Below are positions 38,027 to 51,613 of a stretch of DNA of 64,000 nt, piece by piece (the stretch's first letter is position 1; each line of letters begins with the position of its first letter). The DNA comes from Octopus bimaculoides (Eukaryota), in contig NC_068992.1 in assembly GCF_001194135.2 (NCBI RefSeq), positions 10,704,337-10,768,336 on the forward strand, read 5' to 3'. A model generated the notes under the pieces. That model searched no databases and was not told where the DNA came from. It saw only the letters and a program-made list of their open reading frames with translations. A program made the position numbers and the translations under genes.

Positions 38027-39032
38027 GTAGCCGGAACTCTGAGTCTAGACAAAGTTGCTGGCTTTGACTATGTTTTCAGTAAACAAATTGTTTGCTGACT
38101 GGTGCTTATATCTGCCAAGCAAAGCTACATTCTTCCAATATGTCCTTTCTAAACAGTGTTAGTGTTGTCTAGGAGAGATGAGTATGTATGTATGTTTGTA
38201 TGTATGTATGTATGTATGTATGTATGTATGTATGTATGTATGTATGTATGTGTATGAATTTAAGAAAGAGAATGAGAGTGATGAAGTGACAGAAAGGGAG
38301 AGAAAAAGAAAGAATTATTACGAGACAAAAAAAAATAGATGAAAATTGTTTACCATTCCATTATAATAATCAGTCTTTCATTATTTCTTTTCTGAAATCT
38401 TCTTTGTTTACCTCAGGGGAAAGTTAGACCTGGTACTTTTTTTCTTCATGCATTATTCTTGGACGATTATGGAATTGTGTGTGAATTTTGGAAAACATTC
38501 ATTGAGAAAAGAAAGAGTGATTATGATTTAAGTCAACCAGACAAACATTGGTGTTTATAAACAAAGATGACAACAAAAAAAAATAATGTCTTGTGTAAAG
38601 GTATTTTAAAAAAGCTCAAAGAAAATAGACAAAGAAACTGAAAGAAAAGCATCTGATGTTGCGTGCATATGTGCGTGTGTGTGTGAGTGAGTTCATATTT
38701 CTCGTCTTCTTTCATGTGAGATCATAGGTTGGAAACATAACATGGTATTGTTTGCTTTTAATTCTCCAAGAAACTATACTCTGCTGTTTGTTATTTGATA
38801 AACTGAGATATCGTTACCTTGCTTAGAGACACATGGAGTTCACCTCAAAAATGGCACCTGGCTGTGAAAAATTCTTTCCCAATGTACTCCTCCTCTTTGC
38901 TGACTCTTGCAAGCATGGAAGAGTAAACATTCAAACAATGATGAGGATGATGATAAGGTGCAGGCATGGCTGTGTAGCAAAAACCTTGCTTCCCAATAAC
39001 ATGGCTCCAGATCCAGTTCCACTGCCTGGCAC

Positions 39033-39475
39033 CTCGTCCAAGAATATAACATTCTTCCACTGCTCTAGGGTCCAACTCTGTAGGTTTTTACTCCACTCTA
39101 AATGCTTTGCAACATTTGTTTTTGAAAGTAGTGGTTTTCTGATTGCAGCCCTCCTGTGAAATCTGGTTTTGTGCAGCTCCTAACAAACAGTTTTTGATGA
39201 AACTGGGTTCCTGAGGAGGTTATTAAGCTCTCCAGTAATTTTGGGAGCTGTACTTTTGTGATCCTTTCTAACAATTCATGTATGAGTCTGACGCTCCCTG
39301 TCTGAAACTTTTGGTTTTCTTCTGGAGTTTTGTTTCGACAAGGAGGTTTTTCCCTCTTTCTCAAAGGCTGTAATTACTTTTGAGACAGTACTTCTTGATA
39401 CACCAACTATTTCAGCTGTTTTCATTATGCTAGCACCTGCCATACGAGCACCAAGAATTTGACCATTTTGAAAGT
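39033..39475 (-). mobile_element. Tc1-family transposase remnant (HTH through the first catalytic D)
   Basis: FQNGQILGARMAGASIMKTAEIVGVSRSTVSKVITAFEKEGKT...RAAIRKPLLSKTNVAKHLEWSK...WKNVIFLDE in one frame with two internal stops; the 5' end runs into an N-gap. Confidence 0.92.
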
Positions 39476-40339
39476 NNNNNNNNNNNNNNNNNNNNNNNNN
39501 NNNNNNNNNNNNNNNNNNNNNNNNNNNNNNNNNNNNNNNNNNNNNNNNNNNNNNNNNNNNNNNNNNNNNNNNNNNNNNNNNNNNNNNNNNNNNNNNNNNN
39601 NNNNNNNNNNNNNNNNNNNNNNNNNNNNNNNNNNNNNNNNNNNNNNNNNNNNNNNNNNNNNNNNNNNNNNNNNNNNNNNNNNNNNNNNNNNNNNNNNNNN
39701 NNNNNNNNNNNNNNNNNNNNNNNNNNNNNNNNNNNNNNNNNNNNNNNNNNNNNNNNNNNNNNNNNNNNNNNNNNNNNNNNNNNNNNNNNNNNNNNNNNNN
39801 NNNNNNNNNNNNNNNNNNNNNNNNNNNNNNNNNNNNNNNNNNNNNNNNNNNNNNNNNNTATATATACATACACACATCTATATATGCATATGTGTATATA
39901 CATATATATATATAAATGTACATACATACATACTTATTTATACACAGACATAGCCACACACACACACACACACACACACATATTGTAAAATTTGAGAGGT
40001 TTCATATTATATTAAATTATGCTTTACTAACTTTATCCTAAATGAAAAGAATAAGTATTTACATTTGTATCAATATATGCTTCCGGTTTCAAGCGCTTTA
40101 AGAGATAATTTAGTCATGTTGAAAAAAAAATAGAAAAATAGATTGACATAAATTAAATTAATATTTCGTCATATCAGTTCTGGTAATTAACATGTCTTTC
40201 TGATGAATATCTCATGGTTGCTGGTAGTTTATTTCTTACTGATGGCTACTGGCTCTTATTAGTTATAACAGTTCAAGCAGAGGCAGCTGTCTATTCTCAT
40301 TGAGGGGTGGCTGTTATTATTAGCAGCAATGCTGTGGTG

Positions 40340-40560
40340 GTGAGCTAGCAAAATTGTTAGGCCACCAAGCAAAATGCTCAGTGACATTTTGTCTGTCTTT
40401 ATGTTCTGAGTTTAAATTCTTCCACACTCAACTTTGCCTTTCATTCATTTGATGTCAATAAAATAAATACCAGTTGAGAACTGTGGGGTATCAATGATTT
40501 CCCATGCCTTTGAAATGGCTGGTGCTGTGGCAAAATTTGAAACTATTATTATTAGCAATG
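40340..40560 (+). mobile_element. SINE family A (degenerate)
   Basis: Family A motifs. Confidence 0.7.
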
Positions 40561-40699
40561 CCAGTGGCTATAATAGTTGTGACAGTGGTATAATAGTTGT
40601 GACAGTATAACTATTAGCAGCAATGGCAGCTTCAATAAAAGTTGTTGTAGGAGTGGTAGCAATTGTCTCCTCTTCTCCTCCACAGTTATTTAGATGTGG

Positions 40700-41040
40700 T
40701 CAGGATTTGCTTATGAAAGTTGCTTCTTTGTTGATGCATTGTTGTGTTTCATAATTACTAAATTAAAATGGGAAAAAATCATTAAATTTGGCTGTTTCTC
40801 ACCTGCACATCTGCCTATATGTTCACTAAGTTTTAATTGTCTGTATTCATGTATTTTAATCCATGATCCATGCAGAGTAATACGTTGTCTTAAAGACCTA
40901 TGGTTTGTCCTGTTTAGTTCTCTAAGCATCTTGAGCATGTAATTTCATACATTACGGTTTTGATTGCACAGGTGAAATTATTTTTTATTGTGAAGTGTTG
41001 TCCTTCTGTAAAATGGATCGCTGACCTTATCAGATTAAAG
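40700..41040 (-). mobile_element. Penelope-like element GIY-YIG endonuclease remnant
   Basis: FTIKNNFTCAIKTVMYEITCSRCLEN* followed after a frameshift by RTNHRSLRQRITLH...EYRQLKLSEHI, the PLE pattern TC....IY.I.C..C...YIGQT...L..R...H. Confidence 0.85.
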
Positions 41041-42562
41041 CATAACCACAGTTAGTTATCCACTACTTCTAGAACTGGTTCAGTTCTTATCATGTAAAGT
41101 TTGGTCATTGTTAGTGTTTTTTCATTGACTTGTGTTGTCTATTACTCTTTATGATGGTAACTGGGAGCATAATTTTGAGAAGAAGGTAAATACTTTCTTT
41201 CATTCATGATAAAGATACCAAAATATTTTCCTTTTGTTATATATATATATATATATATATATATGGATGTTTGTATGTATGTGTGTATGTATATATATGA
41301 ATGTATATATATACATACACATGTATATATGTAGATGTATATATATGCATGCACACATATATGCATACATGCATACATATATACATACACACACATAAAT
41401 ATATACATACATGCATGCATGCATACACACATACAAATATATATGTATAGTTACATGTATTTTTTAAGCGTTACCAATGACAATGCATATAATGGAACGT
41501 TCTTATTTTACTTATTATTAAAATTCTGACACAACACACAGTCATGCATACATATATTCACACATGCTCACACATACATACAAAGATACATAGACATACA
41601 TACATACATATATACATACATATGCACACATAGCCACACCTGTGTATACACATGCACATGCAAATACAGAAGCATAAAATTTTATAAGTACCATTGTTTA
41701 AAATGAATGAATAACATTTGTACAAGAAATATCAAAAGAATATTTTTCTGGAGAATCTTTTATGTTTTAGTTCTGTCTCAATACAAAATAAGAAACATTT
41801 CACTTGCTTGATTATACATTTAGTTATATATAATAAGGTGTCACATGAGAACAGTTTTAGATAGATAACTTTGCATAAGTCATGGAAACGAAGTAATGTA
41901 CAAGTCATTGGCTATGCATATTTATTCAAACATAAATACTATGCACAGCAAGGTAATTGACTGAATAGGATAGCATCATCATCCATGTTATTGTCATCAT
42001 CATCATCGTCATCATCACCATCATCATCATCATCAGAAGTTGCAGTGTCGTTGTTTTTTGTTCGATATTAGCATTGAATGGCATGGCTTATCAGGTCTGT
42101 TCTTATTAGGTGTTACTGACCGCTTAGACAGGTAAACAGATCGATGACTACAGCTTGCTTGTACATACAATTTTTCGGCATCTCTGTTACACCCGGTTGC
42201 TCCAACCACTTTACAAAATGTACAGAGTACTTTTTTCATAATGGCACCAGTGCTACCAAGGTTGCCAAATCTATTTCAAAATGAAACAGTTCCCTCATTT
42301 CTCCAATGTCCCCCTTTATTTGCTTCACCTACTCAGTGTGCATTTTGTCATAGCCCTAGCACTAGTGAGGTTACCTTGTCACTGGCAACTCCAAGAGTCT
42401 CCTCTCTGTTTCACATATATATTCATCCATACATGTGTGTATGCATGTATATCTAGCTGTATGTATATGCCTATATACTTGGATGTGCGTGTGTGAGCAT
42501 GCATGTATATGTGCGTATATATATACATATTGTATTAATATCTGTGTATGTATATATGTAGT

Positions 42563-42947
42563 GGAGGCGCAATGGCCCAGTGGTTAGGGCAGCGGACTCG
42601 CGGTCATAGGATCGCGGTTTCAATTCCCAGACCGGGTGTTGTGAGTGTTTATTGAGCGAAAACACCTAAAGCTCCACGAGGCTCCAGCAGGAGATGGTGG
42701 CGAACCCTGCTGTACTCTCCCACCACAACTTTCTCTCACTCTTACTTCCTGTTTCTGTTGTGCCTGTAATTCAAAGGGTCAGCCTTGTCACACTGTGTCA
42801 CGCTGAATATTCCCCAAGAACTACGTTAAGGGTACATGTATCTGTGGATTGCTCAGCCACTTGTACGTTAATTTCACGAGCAGGCTGTTCCGTTGATCGG
42901 ATCAACTGGAACCCTCGACGTCGTAAGCAACAGAGTACCAACACAAC
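42563..42947 (+). mobile_element. Well-preserved tRNA-derived SINE family D, tail variant Y
   Basis: A box tggcccagtgg (42573-83) and B-box-like ggtttcaattccc (42616-28); CpGs retained; head shared with 20649-20842 and tail shared with 22060-22225. Confidence 0.9.
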
Positions 42948-43210
42948 GCACACATGTATATATGTGTCTAAGCATGAACACAAAATAAATTTTCGTCTAA
43001 GTATTATCTTCTTTTCAACTTCTACTTCCTTTTCTTTCTCTTAAGTTACAACAGTAAAAGCTGATTACGTCATTTTCTCTAAACTAGAATGTATGCTTTC
43101 CACGTTCATATTTGAGATTTTGCATTTCAATAATTTTTTTCTGATTTTATTCATTCTCGAATTTGATGGACATATAGCGGTATGTAAGTCGACTCAAGAA
43201 ATCTCTAGTG

Positions 43211-43279
43211 AGACTTTTTATTGATGTACCTGAAGAGACCCAGAACACTTCGAAACATATGTTGTACCCAATAAAGTCT
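43211..43279 (+). ncRNA. Type I hammerhead ribozyme motif in a Penelope-like terminal repeat (~43000-43320)
   Basis: Long helix I agacttt(tt)attg..GTAC / GTAC..caataaagtct; core CTGAAGA 43230-36; GAAA 43252-55; palindromic helix III ACATATGT; GUU triplet 43261-63; weak helix II. Confidence 0.65.
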
Positions 43280-43329
43280 ATTACACATTCCATCTCCTAT
43301 TTTATTAATACGATATATATATATATATT

Positions 43330-43540
43330 TATAGGCAAATAAGAAAATGGAGAGGGTAATCAATCGACAAGCATCAGCCTCATAAATTCTGGGTAAATTT
43401 CTGTTTTACCCCCACTCATATTTAGTGTTCAATTGCGATATTGCCCTGCAATAGTAAGCACTTCGATATAATTACATAGGTATACACCCAGTGGTATATT
43501 GGATATTTATCATCCCTTAAATGGTTGCGTAACCTCTGAC
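43330..43540 (-). mobile_element. Possible second Penelope-like 3' fragment, tail-to-tail with 43000-43320
   Basis: SQRLRNHLRDDKYPIYHW resembles the RL.EH....SAIY.H block of PLE GIY-YIG C-termini; flanked by TA tracts. Confidence 0.35.
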
Positions 43541-43548
43541 TCATACAA

Positions 43549-43611
<63 letters not shown>

Positions 43612-43829
43612 NNNNNNNNNNNNNNNNNNNNNNNNNNNNNNNNNNNNNNNNNNNNNNNNNNNNNNNNNNNNNNNNNNNNNNNNNNNNNNNNNNNNNNNNN
43701 NNNNNNNNNNNNNNNNNNNNNNNNNNNNNNNNNNNNNNNNNNNNNNNNNNNNNNNNNNNNNNNNNNNNNNNNNNNNNNNNNNNNNNNNNNNNNNNNNNNN
43801 NNNNNNNNNNNNNNNNNNNNNNNCATACA

Positions 43830-43872
<43 letters not shown>

Positions 43873-44366
43873 AATATACTCAACAGATATTACATACTAC
43901 ACATATAAATAAAAAAATAAATGCTCCATATATATTAATGAAGTCGTTATAAAGCCAAAACCAAGTAAACATTGCAACTTATAAATAAAATACACCTTCA
44001 CTAGTTGCTGCGTTGAATTATTTTAACAATATGTTTATTTTACAGTAGATAATGCTGCAAAACTATCTTTTAGGTATGAAATATTTACCAAAAAAATTTT
44101 TTTATGTATGTTTTGGAACTCCATTAACATCCAAAGTTTTCTTTTGTATTTTAACTACGCTTAATAGTTTCACACATGACAAAGCATTATGCCATAACGC
44201 ATGTGTGTGGTTGTTTTGTGTATGTGCATCTGTCTCTCTCTGTTTCTCTCTCTCTGTGTATATGTATATATATATATGTGAGTGTGTGTGTGTGAGAGAG
44301 TGTGTATGTGCATGAGTGTGTGCAAGCCTGTATATATATATACATATATATACATATATATATGTG

Positions 44367-44426
<60 letters not shown>

Positions 44427-44537
44427 CATAAATATGTGCATACATACATTTGTATACGGGGACATGCACACACAACACACTTACATGTGTGTGTATAAGC
44501 ATGAATGTAATATACATACATATACATATACTTATAC

Positions 44538-44607
<70 letters not shown>

Positions 44608-44912
44608 CGTGTGTGTGTGTGTACATATAAATATACATACATGCACACATATACATACATACATACATGTACACACCCAAACAGATACACGCACATCACA
44701 TATTCCTAGGACATTAATATGAGAGAGAAAGATGAAAAATAAGCAGAAATTATGTATATCATGATCTAAATGGAATTACATGACAATACCAAAATATTTA
44801 TTAAAACGCTGTTATCAATAAAGTGGAAGACAACATCTACTTCATATATTGCACTTAGGAAATTAATATACTAACAGTTCATTATTATTATCAATATCAT
44901 CATCATTATTAT

Positions 44913-44951
<39 letters not shown>

Positions 44952-45106
44952 ATTGCTATTTTTATTATTTTATATATTGAAGGTTGAAGTGGGAACACCC
45001 GCTCAATGTTTTTCATTTAAAAAAGTATTGTTTGAATGTTTGAAATTGACGGAACCTGAAGTGATATTGAGTATCAGAAATTGACAAAGGGCCTAAATGT
45101 TTTCAG

Positions 45107-45267
45107 CCATATTACCAGAAAATAGCACAGCAGTCGAAGAATATCTCTTGAGTGGCATGACAACTCTACTGCGTTTAAACGAAAATGAAAGGCATATTCG
45201 GCAAAGGAGATCTGAGATCAACTGTTCAAAAAAAGACAAGTTGGCCATTGATAGAAATCTTTTGACT
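45107..45267 (+). CDS. Candidate internal host exon, peptide (A)ILPENSTAVEEYLLSGMTTLLRLNENERHIRQRRSEINCSKKDKLAIDRNLLT; product unknown
   Basis: tgttttcag| acceptor and |gtatgt donor; 53 open codons in non-repeat DNA; several CpGs. No homology recognised. Confidence 0.3.
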
Positions 45268-45809
45268 GTATGTTTGCTTGATCAGAAGTTCTTCTGTAGA
45301 ATATCATCATCATCATCATCATCATTTAACGTCCACCTTCCATGCTAGCATGGGTTGGACGATTTGACTGGGGTCTGGCGAACCAGATAGCTACACCAGC
45401 CTCCATAGCATAATTCCTCACATGTCTGTCGCAGGATTACTCATTTCGCCTGCTGAATGGACTGGAGCAACATGAAATGAAGTATTTTGCTCAAGAACAC
45501 AATGTGTCGCCTGGTCTAGGAATTGAAACCACAATCTTACGATCATGAGTCAAACACCCTAAACACTAAATCATGTACCTCCACAAGGGGTGAAATGGAG
45601 ATAAGGACGATGAAGCTGAGGTGCCCTTCCCCTCAAAAATTATTGGTCTTCAGCCCTGCCATGGCCCAGTGTTCCCTTTCAGAGGGACGTTGGAAAGGGA
45701 GTAACCAGCTTCGAGAGTGTTAGGGACTGAGAGAAGGAAAAAAACCATTTGTGTGTGTATGTGTGTGTGTATGTGCGCACACACATGCATGTATGTATGT
45801 GTGTGCATG

Positions 45810-46200
45810 TGTGCATGCAAGCATGGCTGTGTGATAAAAAGTTTACTTCCCAACCGTTTAGTTCCAGGTTTAGTCCCACTATGTGGCCCCTCAGGTAAAT
45901 CTTCTGTAGCCTTGATCCAATTAAAGCCTTGTGAGTGGATCTGGTAGATAGAAACTGAAAGAAGCCCATCACATGTGTGTGTGTGTATTTGTGTCTGTGT
46001 TTGTCACCTACCACTGCATCACAACCAGTGTTGGTTTGTTTACATGCCAGTGATTTAGCAGTTCAGCAAAAGCGACCAATAGGATAAGAACCAAGCTTAA
46101 AGATACTAATATATATTGAGGTTGAGTTACGTGAATAAAATTATTCAGGGTGGTGCCTCACCATTAGACGGAATCTAATGACAGAAACTAGTAGAAAATA
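45810..46200 (+). mobile_element. SINE family B
   Basis: Family B head, GT tract and tail. Confidence 0.75.
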
Positions 46201-47495
46201 AAAGATATATATTCAGAGTTTGTGAAGCCAGGTTTGGCCTAATTTGATGTTCTGCTAATCTACTGACCTAGATTGATACTTTGTCATTGGCATCAAAGGA
46301 GTGAAAGGCAAAGTTGACTTCAATTGGTTTTGTACTTGGAACACCAAGCTTTAGAACAAATTCTATGAATCATTCTACATGAGGCTCTAACAACTCAACT
46401 ACTTTACTACTTCAACTCATTCGCCATATCTGGCTCCATACTTACTATAGGTCTACCGATTAAATATTGAAAAGTTGTATGCTATCAAAGTTTTTTCTCA
46501 TTAAAATGTTTTCCCAATGGAAACAAGACAGAAACTTATATATATTTATACAATTAAGAAATATCTTGGTACACCCTGGAAGATGAAAAGAAAATTTCAT
46601 AGAGCTAAAAATATTATGAATTTTAGTTTAAGAATATCTATACTGTATGCAATTTCATCAAAGTGTATAAGCTTGAAATTGTTTACAGTTTATCTTTCAT
46701 TGGTAGTTTATTCCTTTTTATTGCAAGGGTGAGAATCATCTTGCATCTTTATTATATTTTATTTTTTCATAAGAGAAGTATATTTGAATATAATGGAATG
46801 AAATATATCTTTCTGCATGTAATTATTTGTTTATTTATTTATTATTTATGCATATATTTATTTATTTTGTTTCAACTATAAAGTCCTTAATATTCATATA
46901 CAGAAGCAATTATTTCAATCTAATTGTATCTCTTCAGTACAAAGTAATTAAGGATTTGTTAATAGCATTGCATCATTTACACATCAGAAAAAGAGAATAG
47001 TTCAGAAAAGAGAAGGATAAGAAAAAAATACAAACAGAGTCCATTGCACTTAGACAAATTGTTTTTTGTTCAACATTCATAGTTTATCAGATGCATAGAA
47101 AATTGAGATAAAGTAAATTTAACACTTAAGTTCACATACACACTGGAACATTTACAATACAGTTTTTACCTCTCAAAAATAACTGCTGCAGCTGCAGTTG
47201 CTAGATATTCTTAAACTAAAAATAAGAGAAAATATGAGAAGAGCATTTTCAGAGAGTCTGGGTTTTGTGAATCTAGAATTTTTATTTAATAGCTGACTGC
47301 AGTTAAATGTTCTGCATGTTACCCTTTAATAACACCTCTCCCTATTAAAATTGCATCCTCATATGACCGAGGATATTTGAGAATAAATCAAGCACTTTAA
47401 AGCAGGCTCTAGTCAGAACATACTGCAGCATACACACACACACACATACACACACACATACATACACACACACACACACATTACATACACACATA

Positions 47496-48363
47496 CAGAG
47501 TGTGATGGGCAAAATGTTGTCATTTTATATTTTTAATTTCATGTATGTGCATTGTTTGTTTTTGATTTTTTTGACTACACAGTATAGTAGGGTCAGTTGG
47601 GCACAGCCTGTGAGAAAAACAGCACCATGATACAATTCACTCTGCCAGAGATTTGGAAACGACATGCTGCATTCCTTGGAATTCGTGCTGGAAGCTCCAA
47701 TATGAACATTTCAGGGTGTTTGGGTGTCAATCTGAGGACATGTACTGAGAGTGATAAAAGCCAAACATCCAGTCAGCATCATGGTGTTTGGAGGGATCAC
47801 TAGTGATGGCGACGTTATGCGTCCTTTCATCTTCCCACACAGCCTCAGACTCAGCACGGGGGCCTACATCAAGTGCCTGGAGGAGGTAGTGCTGTCCTGG
47901 GTGTAGAGGGTGGCTGCTGGAAAACCCTATGTCTGGCAACAGGACTCTGTGCCATGCCGCACAAACAGGAGAACCCAATCATGGCTGTCAGGCAATTTCT
48001 GCAACCACATCACACCTAACATCTGGCCAAGACTAACTTCCAAGACTGCAAGCCCTTTGATTATTATATGTGGGGCACAGTTGAGCAAGAGACCAACAAA
48101 ACTCCTTGTAACACCAAAGATGAACTGAAGGCAAAGATTATGGCAGCATTCACCAACTTAAACAAGGAGACTGTCTAGGAGAGTTGCAGGAGATTCCAAA
48201 GTCATCTGGAGGATGTGGTTGAAGCGAATGGAGATTTTATTGAATAAATTTTGTATTTCAAAATATTTTTATGTAATTTTGGTAAATATATCTGTTAAAA
48301 TGAGACGTTAGTGTTATTTTGATTTTTGCATAATTTAGATGACAATTTATTCACTGCACCCTG
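47496..48363 (+). mobile_element. Internally deleted Tc1/mariner element, DD37D (maT)-type
   Basis: TA|cagagtgtg...caccctg|TA termini (imperfect CAGGGTG TIRs); translation KHPVSIMVFGGITSDG...YVWQQDSVPC...NIWP/-/NFQDCKPFDYYMWG...NGDFIE*; 37 residues between the second and third D after correcting one frameshift. Confidence 0.9.
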
Positions 48364-49251
48364 TATATATCTTCTTCTCTTCTTGATCATACTGCCTTCG
48401 TGGATTCCCATGACTCTTCGTTACCATCCAATTTCATTCTTATGGATTTGAATTGAGAGCTTGAGTCATGGTGAAGCCTTCATTAGATGGTTACACATCC
48501 ATGGACACCACCCCATGGATGCATATTTGTGTTCCATGTTTGCATCCTCCTCCTCAACACTTGACAACTGGTGTTAGTGTGTTTATGTCCGCGTAACTTA
48601 GCAGTTTGGCAAAAGAGACTGATAGAANNNNNNNNNNNNNNNNNNNNNNNNNNNNNNNNNNNNNNNNNNNNNNNNNNNNNNNNNNNNNNNNNNNNNNNNN
48701 NNNNNNNNNNNNNNNNNNNNNNNNNNNNNNNNNNNNNNNNNNNNNNNNNNNNNNNNNNNNNNNNNNNNNNNNNNNNNNNNNNNNNNNNNNNNNNNNNNNN
48801 NNNNNNNNNNNNNNNNNNNNNNNGTAAACAACAACAAGAGCAGAAACAACAACAAATCTGTCGGTTATTGAACTCATCAATTAACTGTAACATTTGCCAT
48901 GGCCAAAAGGCAACCATAACAAAAACAAAACAAAAAAAAGACAAGAAAAAAGACACATCATTGTACCTAAGACATCTATCAATAATTTGTCTTTGTTCAT
49001 TGATTTCATAGACTGAGCCAAAGAATTATAATAGAGTAGCATTCTTTTATGTCCCCCAACCTCCTCTTCTATCACTCATAGCAATTCCAATAATTATGCT
49101 TTGAATATAAAAAAGAAAATAATTAACAAATTATTAATATAAATATTCTACTTTTATTGACCAAGTTCCTGCCTTATTATTCTCAATTCTTTCATGACAT
49201 TACAAAACTGCATTAAACATTACCTCAATATCACTTCTTAAGCATGTATAT

Positions 49252-49286
49252 TATTATCATTATTATTATTATTGTTATTATTATTA

Positions 49287-49333
<47 letters not shown>

Positions 49334-49590
49334 GAGTGAGAGAGCAGTGCATGTCATCAAAGTGACACTTGGGTAAAATATATAAAGCCCAGTATACCCA
49401 TCATGACTACCCATCTGATAAGGGTACATCAGGCACATTCATCACAACCATATGTGCGCAACATGGTGATCTCATATCAAGATAAACAGCGCATGACCTT
49501 GCAGGTGGGGCCCAGTTAGAATTTTCTTCAGGTTGAGTAGCCCATCCTGCTCAAAAGGTCCCTGAATATGGGTTGTTTAAGGATGTTGAA
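49252..49590 (-). mobile_element. Retroposon 3' end with a long (AAT)n tail
   Basis: About 250 bp of more GC-rich sequence ending directly (minus strand) in ctcactcaataataat...; family assignment not determined. Confidence 0.6.
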
Positions 49591-50201
49591 TGAGACACTC
49601 GTTATTATTATTATCATTGACTCATGTAAAAACGTTGCATAACTGCCAGCAATCATGGATTTGCTCCACATAGAAATGACCTTTGATTAAAGATACCCAA
49701 GTGATAACCATTCTTTATGTTATTGTGAATTTAATAACACTGCTACTACATTATCTCGTGTGTTATCCCTATTCTTTTGCTCCAAAGTTGTTGAGTGTGA
49801 TTTAAGGGGAATTTGGTTGCTATTTCTTGCAGACCGAGTGACAATGTTGAGGTTCACTCATTGGTAAAAAGGAAGTTCCAGAGAGATTCAATTCTGTAAA
49901 AGAAGAAAAGATTGCAAAAACCACTTAATGTGGATTCCAGTCGCAGGGAAGGAAAAGACAATGGAATGGTAAGAAGAAGAAGAGTAAAAAGGAGGAGAGG
50001 AAGAAGAAGAATGAGATAGAAAAGAAGTAGAAGAAGAAGAAAAAGGAGGAATAGAACATTAATAATAATAATAGTAATAGTAATAACAATAGTAGTAATA
50101 AGAATAAGAAGAAAAAGCAGATGACTAATAATAATGATAACAGTATTATTATTATTAATATTAATAATACTAAGGAGGAAGAGAAAAGATGGAAAAGAAG
50201 A

Positions 50202-50236
<35 letters not shown>

Positions 50237-51089
50237 AGAAGAAGAAGAAGAAAAGAAACAATGAAGCAATGAAATTAGTGGGTATAAGTGAAGATATATG
50301 CAATCAGTAAGTTCACAAGAGAAGAGACTATTGAGGTAAGAGAAAAAGGATACAACAATTATGGACAAGTGGTTTGTGAGTGAAGTTAGGCCAGCTTCAG
50401 CTATGAAATGTAATATATATAATTTATGAAATACTTTGTGTGAAAAACTTCCTTTTTTTTTTTTCTTTCTCAAAATTATAACATCTATTTTCTTTAATAG
50501 TGTAAAGCCTCTTAGAAACAGTTGCGAGAGACTTGGTATTAGATGTAATAAGTACGTCTTCTTTCTTTCCTTTCTTTTTCTATAATTTCCAGATGAATAT
50601 AGAGAAATAGAAAAATCACAAAATCAGTTTCTTTGAGCGAGTTAACAGTGTTAAGCTTTTTCCAATAACCTACAAAACCATGTTACCAGTTCAGCAATAT
50701 AATTTTATGGGCTTTTCCTATTCCATCTAATTTCATGCCAAGGAAAAGAGTAATTTCAATACTTAGCAAGCTTTCTTTCAGTTTGGCTCAGATATCTTTT
50801 GAGAAGCTGTCAAGTATAGTGGCACTCGTTTAACCTTAACTATATTATGGATAGCCCTTTAAGATGGTGCAAGGACGAAAAAAAGAAAATGAAAAGAATC
50901 CAGAAGGATGTTGGATTAAATACTTAACCATATTTGATTTTGCCTTAATGTTTTGAGTTCAAATAACTCAGTGATTGATTTAGCCTTTTGTGTCTCTGGA
51001 TTTGATAAAAATATTCATCCAGCAAATCAATAGGATTGATTTGTTGTTTTGTGTAAATCTGAGAAATTAATGTTATGAGTATCCCTAAG

Positions 51090-51530
51090 GCAGCAGGCTG
51101 GCAGAATCATTAGCATGCTGAGCAAAAGGTTTAATGGCACTTTGTCTGTCTTTACGTGGTGAGTTCAAATTCTGCTGAGGTCAGCCTTAATTTTCATTCT
51201 TACAGAGTTGATTAAATAAGTACCAGCTGAATACTGGGGTCAATGAAATCAACTTAGTCCCTTCCTCCATATTGTTGGTCTTGTGCCAAAAATTGAAAGC
51301 AATGTTTAAGGCAACGAGCTAGTAGAATCGTTAGCATGCCAGGCAAAATGATTTGTGACATTTCATCAGTCTCCATGTTCTGAGTTCAAATTCTGCTGAG
51401 GTTCACTTTGCCTATCATCTTTTTAGGGTTGATAAAATAAATACCAGTTGAGCACTGGGGGTCGATGTAATTAACTTACCCCTCCCCACAAAAAACTGTT
51501 AACCTTGTGTAAAAAGTTGAATCCAATATT
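51090..51530 (+). mobile_element. Two head-to-tail SINE family A copies
   Basis: Family A motifs at about 51090-51300 and 51310-51530. Confidence 0.8.
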
Positions 51531-51613
51531 ACTGATATCTCAACAAGAACAAATAGAAACATTATTGTTCGTAAATCTCTTAATGAGAGACATTCAGTAA
51601 CAGTAATTTAAAG

